Assembly (NCBI GenBank): GCA_017609945.1
Contig: JAFCCZ010000001.1
Coordinates: 1 to 40,068, forward strand
From: Candidatus Iainarchaeum sp.
GTDB taxonomy: Archaea; Iainarchaeota; Iainarchaeia; Iainarchaeales; GCA-2688035
DNA length: 40,068 bases
Direction: 5' to 3'
Translations under genes and position numbers: made by a program
Shown here: piece after piece, positions 24,102 through 31,878 of the stretch
Layout: the number at the start of each line of letters is the position of its first letter
How positions within the stretch are numbered: the first letter of the stretch is position 1
The notes under the pieces: model-generated
The model's database searches: none
Seen by the model: the letters and a program-made list of their open reading frames with translations, nothing else
What the model was told of the DNA's origin: nothing

Positions 24102-27100
24102 TTATCCCTCCAAACCGGGCAACGTTGGTGGCACTAGCGGGCCTACTGGGCTGCTTACAAGGCCAAAACTGCAGGCCTTGTTTGCATACACTGCAAATGC
24201 CTTTCCGAGATCGCTCGCACTAATGGTTCTGTCCATCGCATTCTGCCAGTTCCTACCAGCTGCGTTGTAGAAGTAAGCTGCCTTCAGATCACACTGTGCG
24301 CCAATGTCGCGCATCTTGCTTCCAATCATGTCCACGGTAACCGGAACAAAGTTCCAGCCAACGACAAGCGGGTCAATTTCGCTCATTGAAACCGCTTCCC
24401 TTACAATTGCCTTAACTGAACAGGTTTTGCCCGGATTGTAAAGCCAGTAAGCCTTTCCTTTCTCCGGGGTTTCCACTTCAACAAATGTATTTTTCTTGGG
24501 AATGTACTCAAACAGCTTTAGGTTACTGGAATCGCATTCTGAGGATGAAATAACGTCAAGGTCTCCGGGAATTGAAAAGAGATTCCAGCCATTGTGCAGT
24601 TCAAGCTTCATTTCTATATTACTGCCCCTCTTTTTTACGACAAATTCAGCGCTGTTGTAGCCAATGCCCAGAACTGTTATGACAAAATCGTTTACCGTAA
24701 CGCTTTCGCCCTCCACAAGCCTGTAAACATTGAACGGCTTTGGGGGAACAGGCATGCCAATGCTTTCTGAAACTCCGGAGCTTACAGAAATCGAACCAGA
24801 TTCACTCATGGCCTCTGTTAAAACCTCTGTTGCCTCCTCTTCCACAACAGTCTCAAGGTAATCGCTTTCCACAAGCTTCTTGCCGGTCAACTCCTTTGAG
24901 AACAGGTAGTTGCTTACGCTTATTTCAACTATCTTGCCTCCCCTGCAGTCCTCATCAATACCACAGATCGGGCTCACTATGCTAAGCAAATCAATGCGCA
25001 TATTGGCTTCCAGAACACGAGCTGCCTGGCTTTCCTCCAGCTTAAATGGTTCGTTAACGTGCACGTTTATTATGTTGCTTGCTCCCTTCCTTACAACAAA
25101 CGTGGCTTTGCCAGAGTCCAGGTCAAGCAAAGTAATCCTCAAACCGTACAGCTTCAGGGTGTTTCCCACCCTAACCTTGTGCAGCCCAATAGTGGAGTTG
25201 GCCCTGTTTTTCCAGACACTTACAGTTGCATAGCTTCCGCCAATGCACCTTGCATCCTCTTCAGCACATCTTACCAGCTGGATGCCCTCAAGCTTAATGT
25301 AAAGCCCTTCCTCTACAACAAGCGCTGTCTGGGCTTTAGAAAGCCTGAATTTCTCATCCAGCCGGACCTTTATGACATCTGAAATCGCTTTCCTTACAAT
25401 AAATACTGCTTTATTTCCTGAGATGTCAAGCAGCCTTACGGTGTAGCCACCCACTGCCCTTTCCTCACCTTCCCTCAGGGTGAGCATTCCATTGAACATC
25501 TCTGACTCTATTGAAAGCTTTGCAATCGGCCTTGCACTGCACAGCTTTTCTTCGCCAGATTCTGAGGTACCCACTTCTGCGGCCGTGCACGTGGGGTAGG
25601 CAATTCCAAGGAGGTTGATTCTCATTGCCTCATAGCGCGGAACATAGTCCTCGCTGTGATCCACAAGATTCTCGGAGCGTATTCCTCCCCTTGTTGAATC
25701 CAAAACAATTGCCGTTTGCTGCACATCCAAATCAAACTTCTGGTTCAGGTAAACTGTCTTGGTACCCGGCCCTGTTTCCTTTGTGACTGTGAAGTTTGCC
25801 AGGTCACTGGCACCAACACAATCAACCTCTTCCCCACAGTCCGGGTAGAGGATCTCGTTCAGCGTAATTTCGTGTCCGTAGACCTTCTGCGTTTGCCCAA
25901 CGCGAATCTTTATGTACGGCGTGTGAAGAGCCTTCTCTTCTCTAATCCTAATTTCCGCCGTCTCAACAATTTGGGCCCTCTCAGTGCTGCTTACCAGCAC
26001 TGGCTGGTCTGCGGCGTTACTTGGCCCCTGATAACCGGGTACAGAGTCTCTTGCGGCCGTTCTTGCAACTGCTGGAGACGAAACAGGTTCACCGGCACCG
26101 CCACCTGATGAGGTGCTTGGGGTAATTGGCCCCCAAACCTCCACAAGCGCTACGTCGTTGCCAATATCAACAAGCCTAAGCTGCAGCCTTGTTTCCTTTA
26201 CAATTGCCTTCTGGCCCTGCTGCAAATTGAATGGCTGGCCAAGGTACGCAATAACCGTTTCCTGTACTGTCTTGTCCCTTACAACAAGGTTAACGGTATA
26301 TTTTCCACTGCTGGTTTGGTTTAAGGAAAACACAGAAATCTCGTAATTATTTCCAATGTTTTCCGTTTGCCCTGGTCGCAAGCGAACATAAGATTGCCCG
26401 CCCGAAGCAAAGCTTACGTGCAACTGCGCATACTCTGCAACCCAACAACTGGATACCTTCCCTGAGGCCATTTCATCTTCTGTATAGGTTCTAGCACGCT
26501 CTTTTGCAGTGCACGTTCCGGAAGAAATAACACCGTCAAAATTGATTTTCATTACGTCTTCGTTGCCTTTCATTACATACGCGGTCTGGTTTTCAACAAG
26601 CGAGAACCTCTCATTCAGCTTTACTCTGATGTAGTCAGGCCTGGATTCCTTTTCAGTAAGCAACACAATTTGGGATTCAGTAATTTCCAGTGCTGAAAAT
26701 ATTATTCCAAAAACCTCAGCTGAACCGCCCTCCTGAGTATTTATCCAAGTGCTTGATGCAGTGTCGCCCTCTGTTTTTGTTACCTGCAAGCGCGCGGTCA
26801 GGGCCGAATACGGGGGAATCTCTTCTGGGCGGGCTTCCTCAGTTGAATCGTAATCTGCCCTATAAGTTGCCCGCTGGATGTCAACAAGCGTTATCTCTAC
26901 TCCTGTTGAGGTTCCGTTTTCAAGCAGCAAAGCTGTCTGCTTTTCATTCAGCTCAAACTTTTCACCAATCTCAACCCTTATGCTGTGAGACCTGCATTCC
27001 CCCTCATAGGCCACTTCAACGTTTTCGCAGGCAGCAACACACTTGTTTGAGTAGGTTCTACCGTCAACGCCACAAACAGGCGCATAAATCAATGGGCAAA

Positions 27101-27977
27101 TGCATCCTTGCTCGCAGTCTTTCTGGCAGTTGCACTTGTCTTCGCCCCCACTGCACTTGCCGTCTCCACAGGTTCTCCACCAGCTGTCTACGCAGGTTCC
27201 TTTGGAACCGTCTGGCAGTGCAATGCACTGACCGCTTTCAGGATTCAAGAAGGATGATGGCTTTATCCCTGCATTCTTGCTGCAACAGTAAGTGGGACCA
27301 AACTCGGTTCGGTAATAAACCTTTTCACCATTTTCTGCGCACTCTTGCTCTCCGCAATCCACAGGGCAATTGTAAGCGCTCTCAAGTCTAGTATCACATT
27401 CACCATTTCCACATTTTGCAGTGCAAATTCCCGCAGTGCCAACAGGGCAGGCTTCAAGGCCGTTTGGGTCACATTTTGGCGGAATTAGCTTCAAACCCTC
27501 ACAACACACTTCAGATGGCCCTGGCAAAACAGGAAGTGACTCGCCTTCCCCATAACATTCTTCCACTTCCCCACAATCTTCCGGGCAGTTGCATTTGTTT
27601 TCCAAATCCACATCACAAATTCCGTTTCCGCACGGCGCGCAAATGCTCCAGCCTGTTCTAAAACCACAACTTCCATTTTCTCCCAATACTGCTGGCTGAA
27701 TTGGAACAAGTCCGCTGCAACATTCATGGCCTGGCAGGTTGGGCTCCCCTGACTCAGTACAGGACAGGTCCTTCACATATTCCCGACCGCAGTCGCCGTT
27801 ATAAAAAGCCCACTGGGCGCATCTCTCACCGTCATCAAAAACGCAGTCCTCACCTTCAACAGTGTAACCCATTTCCTCACAGTATACCGGGGCCGGGTTT
27901 GGGATAGCGTAAGCAAAACTCATTAGAAAAATTCCTGCAATTACAAACAGAACAAAAAATTCATTTTTCGCAAACAT
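24102..27977 (-). CDS. Giant (1291 aa) secreted multi-domain protein: DUF333-like, three Cys-rich units, Kazal-type module, six tandem two-part beta-rich repeats
   Basis: Signal FVLFVIAGIFLMSFAYA. NPAPVYCEEMGYTVEGEDCVFDDGERCAQWAFYNGDCG. CGNGICDVDLENKCNCPEDCGE / CGNGECDTRLESAYNCPVDCGE / CGDGKCSGGEDKCNCQKDCE. CICPLIYAPVCGVDGRTYSNKCVAACENVEVAYEGEC. Six copies of F-x-L-x3-Q-[TKA]-A. GAGGTG lies 7 nt upstream of ATG 27977. Confidence 0.85.
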   Translation of the reverse strand: MFAKNEFFVLFVIAGIFLMSFAYAIPNPAPVYCEEMGYTVEGEDCVFDDGERCAQWAFYNGDCGREYVKDLSCTESGEPNLPGHECCSGLVPIQPAVLGENGSCGFRTGWSICAPCGNGICDVDLENKCNCPEDCGEVEECYGEGESLPVLPGPSEVCCEGLKLIPPKCDPNGLEACPVGTAGICTAKCGNGECDTRLESAYNCPVDCGEQECAENGEKVYYRTEFGPTYCCSKNAGIKPSSFLNPESGQCIALPDGSKGTCVDSWWRTCGDGKCSGGEDKCNCQKDCEQGCICPLIYAPVCGVDGRTYSNKCVAACENVEVAYEGECRSHSIRVEIGEKFELNEKQTALLLENGTSTGVEITLVDIQRATYRADYDSTEEARPEEIPPYSALTARLQVTKTEGDTASSTWINTQEGGSAEVFGIIFSALEITESQIVLLTEKESRPDYIRVKLNERFSLVENQTAYVMKGNEDVMKINFDGVISSGTCTAKERARTYTEDEMASGKVSSCWVAEYAQLHVSFASGGQSYVRLRPGQTENIGNNYEISVFSLNQTSSGKYTVNLVVRDKTVQETVIAYLGQPFNLQQGQKAIVKETRLQLRLVDIGNDVALVEVWGPITPSTSSGGGAGEPVSSPAVARTAARDSVPGYQGPSNAADQPVLVSSTERAQIVETAEIRIREEKALHTPYIKIRVGQTQKVYGHEITLNEILYPDCGEEVDCVGASDLANFTVTKETGPGTKTVYLNQKFDLDVQQTAIVLDSTRGGIRSENLVDHSEDYVPRYEAMRINLLGIAYPTCTAAEVGTSESGEEKLCSARPIAKLSIESEMFNGMLTLREGEERAVGGYTVRLLDISGNKAVFIVRKAISDVIKVRLDEKFRLSKAQTALVVEEGLYIKLEGIQLVRCAEEDARCIGGSYATVSVWKNRANSTIGLHKVRVGNTLKLYGLRITLLDLDSGKATFVVRKGASNIINVHVNEPFKLEESQAARVLEANMRIDLLSIVSPICGIDEDCRGGKIVEISVSNYLFSKELTGKKLVESDYLETVVEEEATEVLTEAMSESGSISVSSGVSESIGMPVPPKPFNVYRLVEGESVTVNDFVITVLGIGYNSAEFVVKKRGSNIEMKLELHNGWNLFSIPGDLDVISSSECDSSNLKLFEYIPKKNTFVEVETPEKGKAYWLYNPGKTCSVKAIVREAVSMSEIDPLVVGWNFVPVTVDMIGSKMRDIGAQCDLKAAYFYNAAGRNWQNAMDRTISASDLGKAFAVYANKACSFGLVSSPVGPLVPPTLPGLEG

Positions 27978-28012
27978 TGGAAAGCACCTCTCGTTGTTTA
28001 AAGACTTTTTTC

Positions 28013-28020
28013 ATATATAA
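28013..28020 (-). promoter_or_regulatory. TATA-box-like element (TTATATAT on minus strand) for the giant gene
   Basis: Lies 36-43 nt upstream of ATG 27977, with the GAGGTG SD in between. Confidence 0.35.
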
Positions 28021-28126
28021 CCTTTCTTTGTTTGAATTCCGACATTGAAATCCTGCAAAACTTAAAGATCTAAACCCGTATAAAAAGAGCTTTTTTGTTA
28101 GGCGAAAACCTAAGGGAGGGAAAAGC

Positions 28127-29317
28127 CTATTTCAAATACTTTAGCATTACCTTTACAAGGCCGGGGCTTTTCATAAGCTTTTTTGTGACAACCTTTGCCG
28201 CCTCAACAAGGTCTCCGGCGGAAAGCTTCATAACGTCCTCTCCGGAGATGTTAGCCGCAAGGGTTTCAAAATCCTTGTCCTGGAGGTTCTCAAACATGCG
28301 CCTTTTCTTGAGAACTGCCTTTAGCTTGTTTCCACGCGCCTCATACCACAGGTCATTGTACTGCTTTAGGAAATCGTGCGAAAAGTCGTTTTCCTCAAAG
28401 GCCCTGATTGCCACCCCGCTTGCAATGTCAGCTCCCTCCATTGCAAGCCCAATTCCGCCCCCGTGAATTGGATTAACCTGGTGGGCTGCATCCCCTGCAA
28501 TAAGCAAATTGTCGGCAGTCATGTCGTCCAAAAAGCCGCCAACCGGAACGCAGCCGCAGTTTACCTCAATAATGCTGCCCTTCTTAAGGCCTGGCTGTGA
28601 CTCAATAAACTTGTCCAAATAGTACTTGGCGGTCTTCTCGCTGGTTCCGCCAATTCCAATTCCAACGTTTGCCTGGTGCTTGCCCTTTGGAAAAATCCAG
28701 AGATAGCCGCGCGGGGCAATTTCTAGCCCGAAGAAAATGTTTATGAGGTCAGAGTTCTCAAAATCAATGTTTGCCATCTCATACTGGTAACCGGAGTCAT
28801 AGTCAGCAAGCGGCATTGTGGTGTTAACGCCAAGCCTGCGCGCGGTCAAGGTTTCAACGCCGTCGCACGCGAAAATCAGCCTTGCCGAGTACTCAACAAC
28901 CTCGCTGCCCTCGCGAACCTTTACATTAACCCTGCCCCCGCTTCTCTCAAATTCAAAGGCGTCTGCCTTTGTTTTGATTAGGGCCCCGTTCTCAGATGCC
29001 TGCCTTGCAAGCTCTTTCTCAAAAACGCGCCTTTCAAGAACAAAGCCGTTTGTTTCAGGAAAGCGCATTTCAACCACCTTTCCGCTTGGCGCGTAAAGGG
29101 CAGCCCCCCTGATTTCCTGCACCGCCCACTTTGGATCAGGCTTTAACCCAAGCCTCTTAAACCAGCCCAGGCCAAGGCCCTCAGCGCAGCGCTTTGGGAC
29201 CCCAATCTCCTGCTTCTTGTCCACGCAGAGAACTCTTAGCTTGGCCCTTGCAAGCCTGTCTGCAGCACGCAGCCCGGCAGGGCCTGCGCCAACAATTATT
29301 ACGTCAAACTCCTGCAT
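28127..29317 (-). CDS. Geranylgeranyl reductase family flavoprotein (digeranylgeranylglycerophospholipid reductase-like)
   Basis: ATG 29317 gives MQEFDVIIVGAGPAGLRAADRLA (FAD GxGxxG). Motifs LIFACDG and AGDAAHQVNPIHGGGI. Size about 396 aa. Confidence 0.85.
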   Translation of the reverse strand: MQEFDVIIVGAGPAGLRAADRLARAKLRVLCVDKKQEIGVPKRCAEGLGLGWFKRLGLKPDPKWAVQEIRGAALYAPSGKVVEMRFPETNGFVLERRVFEKELARQASENGALIKTKADAFEFERSGGRVNVKVREGSEVVEYSARLIFACDGVETLTARRLGVNTTMPLADYDSGYQYEMANIDFENSDLINIFFGLEIAPRGYLWIFPKGKHQANVGIGIGGTSEKTAKYYLDKFIESQPGLKKGSIIEVNCGCVPVGGFLDDMTADNLLIAGDAAHQVNPIHGGGIGLAMEGADIASGVAIRAFEENDFSHDFLKQYNDLWYEARGNKLKAVLKKRRMFENLQDKDFETLAANISGEDVMKLSAGDLVEAAKVVTKKLMKSPGLVKVMLKYLK

Positions 29318-29322
29318 TTGCC

Positions 29323-29499
29323 TCACTTCTCCAGCTCCATTGCCGCAACAGGGCAAATTTTAACACAGTTCCCGCAGGAAGTGCACTTTTCCACGTCAAC
29401 AACAATTCTGCCGTCCTTAAGCTCTAGGGCCTGCACCGGGCAGCTTCCAACACAGCCCCCGCAGTAACAGCATTTCTCAGCGTCATTCCTTACAACCAT
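29323..29499 (-). CDS. 2x[4Fe-4S] ferredoxin (58 aa), not in the supplied ORF track (<60 aa)
   Basis: Hand translation gives MVVRNDAEKCCYCGGCVGSCPVQALELKDGRIVVDVEKCTSCGNCVKICPVAAMELEK*, with two CxxCxxCxxxCP motifs. The TGA is 5 nt before the reductase ATG, and GTGAGG serves as SD. Confidence 0.75.
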   Translation of the reverse strand: MVVRNDAEKCCYCGGCVGSCPVQALELKDGRIVVDVEKCTSCGNCVKICPVAAMELEK

Positions 29500-29532
29500 T
29501 GAACCACTCTAAAAAAAATACCTTAATAAGGG

Positions 29533-29540
29533 TTTTAAAT
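29533..29540 (+). promoter_or_regulatory. TATA-box-like element (TTTTAAAT)
   Basis: Lies 21-28 nt upstream of ATG 29561 in the divergent spacer between the ferredoxin and the 379-aa gene. Confidence 0.35.
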
Positions 29541-29560
29541 CATTCTTTTTTGGGGAAAGC

Positions 29561-30700
29561 ATGGCTGGAAAAGCTCCAAAACCACCAGGGCAGCCTGGAA
29601 AGCCGTCAGGGCGATCTGGAAAGCCGGGAGAAAGGAAACCAAAAAAACCAGGACCCGGGGGCAGGGGGGCAAAGAAAAAGCCAGCTCCTGAAGTTAGGGT
29701 AGTATCACGCCCGAAAGATATTCTGGCAGTTGCCATGGTCACAAGAACGGCTGTTAAAAGGATTGAGACAAAAGGACTAAGCATTGAAACCCTGAGAATG
29801 GGCCTTGACTCAAGCGCAATCAGGGGCCTTTTTGACAAAAAGCTGTTTCCAGCACAGACGCATGATACAACTGTTGGAAGGCTTCAGAACTTTCTTCACA
29901 CCTGGGTGAACAGAAACGCAGGGCTGAACGTGAGAATGCACGAGGAAGCACAAGCTATGGCCAAAGCAAAGGGAATTTCAAATGTTAAAGCATTCAACAT
30001 TGTTCTTGGGCAAAACAGGGAGATTATTCAGAAAAGGCTTGTTAAGAAAGCTGCGCTGGAGCAACTGCTGTTTGTGTGGAGCTCGCACAGAGCTGCAAGG
30101 CGGAGAGAGGAAATAATTGACTCGGTTAAGCCAACAGCCGTAACCAAGAGTTTTGGAAAAACTTATTATGGCCCGAAAGACAAGCCAGGCTCAGTTGTAA
30201 AGCTTGCAGAGGCGGTTGCAAGAATTCCAATGCATCATGCCCCAAGCCAGGTTGCGGAAGCATACTATGGCCTGCCAACAGCCAGCGAAACACTGATGGC
30301 AAACGGAATTCTAACCTTCTTCAAAAGCAAGAACCCGTTGTGGGGCTGTGGAATGCGGTGCGACGTAATAAATGCCGTTTTGAACGGTTGGGGGATGGAA
30401 AACTACCACGTAAGAACTAAGACCTGGCAGGGGGATGTACACTCCGTTGTTCTTGTAAGGCCTGAGAAGGAACGAGGGCTTTGGCTTTTGGCAGACCCTT
30501 TTAGAAATGGCAGATTATTTTTACACGACTTTGAACGCTATAGCCCCCTAAGAGGACGGAGGACAAGTCTGGTTGTTTCACAGGTTGGGCAGGTACTCGG
30601 GGACCACATAAAAAAGCTAGAGGGAAAAGGCGAATGGAGAAAGGGAAGAGGCCTCACAGACCACGTGAAAAACTTCGTACAGTATTATGGGGGAAACTAA
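29561..30700 (+). CDS. Hypothetical protein: Lys/Pro/Gly-rich disordered N-terminus, C-terminal transglutaminase-like (Cys-His-Asp) domain
   Basis: N-terminus is AGKAPKPPGQPGKPSGRSGKPGERKPKKPGPGG. C-terminal LWGCGMRCDVINAVLNGWGMENYHVRT...DVHSVVLVRPEKERGLWLLADPF matches the G-C...H-x-W/V...W-x-x-D-P pattern of transglutaminase-like cysteine peptidases. Confidence 0.55.
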   Translation: MAGKAPKPPGQPGKPSGRSGKPGERKPKKPGPGGRGAKKKPAPEVRVVSRPKDILAVAMVTRTAVKRIETKGLSIETLRMGLDSSAIRGLFDKKLFPAQTHDTTVGRLQNFLHTWVNRNAGLNVRMHEEAQAMAKAKGISNVKAFNIVLGQNREIIQKRLVKKAALEQLLFVWSSHRAARRREEIIDSVKPTAVTKSFGKTYYGPKDKPGSVVKLAEAVARIPMHHAPSQVAEAYYGLPTASETLMANGILTFFKSKNPLWGCGMRCDVINAVLNGWGMENYHVRTKTWQGDVHSVVLVRPEKERGLWLLADPFRNGRLFLHDFERYSPLRGRRTSLVVSQVGQVLGDHIKKLEGKGEWRKGRGLTDHVKNFVQYYGGN

Positions 30701-30925
30701 ATGTGCCTGACAATTCCAGCAAAGGTTGTTGGGTTGCGGGAGAAGGGGCAAAAGGCGGTTGTTGAACAGCTGGGCGTGAGGCGGGAAGTGTTCAACAATG
30801 TGATAAATGCGGAGAAGGGGGAATTTGTGCTGGTGCAGCAAGGGTTTATTGTTGAAAGAATTGAGGAAGAAGAGGCAAAAGAAACCTGGAGGATTTTGAA
30901 TGAGAATCAGAAAAATACGCCGTAG
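30701..30925 (+). CDS. hypC: [NiFe]-hydrogenase maturation chaperone HypC/HupF
   Basis: MCLTIPAKVV (N-terminal Cys) and GEFVLVQQGFIVERIEEEEAKE. The ATG immediately follows the upstream TAA. Confidence 0.85.
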   Translation: MCLTIPAKVVGLREKGQKAVVEQLGVRREVFNNVINAEKGEFVLVQQGFIVERIEEEEAKETWRILNENQKNTP

Positions 30926-31100
30926 GCTGGTGCCCCCGGTTGCAAAGGTAACAGGGCCGGCAAAGGTTGGGGCAAAACCAAAGGGAAAACCACAGGTAAA
31001 TAAGAAAAAGATGATGGTAAAGAAAGAGCCAAAAGAGAAATCGAGGAAGAGGCGGCCTTTGGATCCCGATGCAGGGCATATAATTAATATTAAGGCTTGA
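30900..31100 (+). CDS. Possible 66-aa highly basic small protein (weak call)
   Basis: The ATG ORF overlaps the hypC 3' end by 26 nt and the convergent gene by 11 nt. Sequence MRIRKIRRRLVPPVAK...KKKMMVKKEPKEKSRKRR. No homology recognised, and it may be a purine-rich spacer. Confidence 0.25.
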   Translation: MRIRKIRRRLVPPVAKVTGPAKVGAKPKGKPQVNKKKMMVKKEPKEKSRKRRPLDPDAGHIINIKA

Positions 31101-31878
31101 CCCCTGAAAGCGTTAGCTCGGTGTACTTTTTTAGCTGCTTTGCCTGCTGCTCGGAAAGCTTTTCAACTGCGTTTCCCCAGTGAATTGAGATTAAGTCGCC
31201 TTGGTTTAGCTCAAGCTTGAACGGGTTCTTGAGAGTCTTTTCTTTTTCGCGAAGCTTGAATTCGCCGGACTCGGATAAAAGGGAGACCCCGTTTGCAACA
31301 AGTCCCTTCCCTGTTTCTTTTTTTACCGTGGCCCAGTGCACCATGCAGTTCCCAAGGTTTTGAATTATGGGCTCAACCTTCTGCGAAATGAAGTTAACGT
31401 AGAGCACGTGAAAGGAATGGTGTGGAAGCAAATCGTTTGGGAGCTCTGCGGCCTTTCTCTCCGCAATGCTCCTCGGCAGGCCAAGGTTCTGGAAGGAGAG
31501 AACAGTTTTCTGCAGTTCCCTCTTTGGAACACTCTCAAGCAAACTGTTTCCAATCCAATAGGCTTCAACTACCTGCTCGTGGAAAGGGGTCAGGGAATTG
31601 CACCTGGCAATCAAGTCAAGGTAGGGAAAGAGTGCGTTGAACTTGTGCAGGAGGGGCTTTACTTTTTCGGCTCCCTCTGGGGAAGGAGAATCAATGAATT
31701 TGAGAAATTCCCTGAAGCTTCCCTCCGGGCCGCAGTACCCAAGCTCGTTTGGGATAAGAGAGTACTTGCAGGCCCTGATTAAGGGACTAAAATCGGGTTC
31801 CGGCAAGGGAAACCCCTTTTCTTTTAACGGTTGAAAGCACAAGGCTGAAACCGGTGACAAGGATTGCGCCGGCAACAA
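31090..31878 (-). CDS. Uncharacterised protein; C-terminal ~85 aa resemble a HypC/HupF-type domain (start uncertain: TTG 31878/31842/31809)
   Basis: The N-terminal part has IPNELGYCGP and LPHHSFHVLY. The C-terminal part has GNCMVHWATV...QGDLISIHWGNAVEKLSEQQAKQL, versus the HypC pattern MC[IL]x[VI]P[AG]x[VI]...GD[WY]VLVHVGFA...EA. Confidence 0.55.
   Translation of the reverse strand: MLPAQSLSPVSALCFQPLKEKGFPLPEPDFSPLIRACKYSLIPNELGYCGPEGSFREFLKFIDSPSPEGAEKVKPLLHKFNALFPYLDLIARCNSLTPFHEQVVEAYWIGNSLLESVPKRELQKTVLSFQNLGLPRSIAERKAAELPNDLLPHHSFHVLYVNFISQKVEPIIQNLGNCMVHWATVKKETGKGLVANGVSLLSESGEFKLREKEKTLKNPFKLELNQGDLISIHWGNAVEKLSEQQAKQLKKYTELTLSGVKP

Noticed and set aside
26690-27391. 233-aa plus-strand ORF, plus other 60-130-aa ORFs inside 24102-27977
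   Set aside because: They are antisense or alternative frames of the giant gene, with Arg/Ser/Cys/Leu-rich nonsense composition and no start context.
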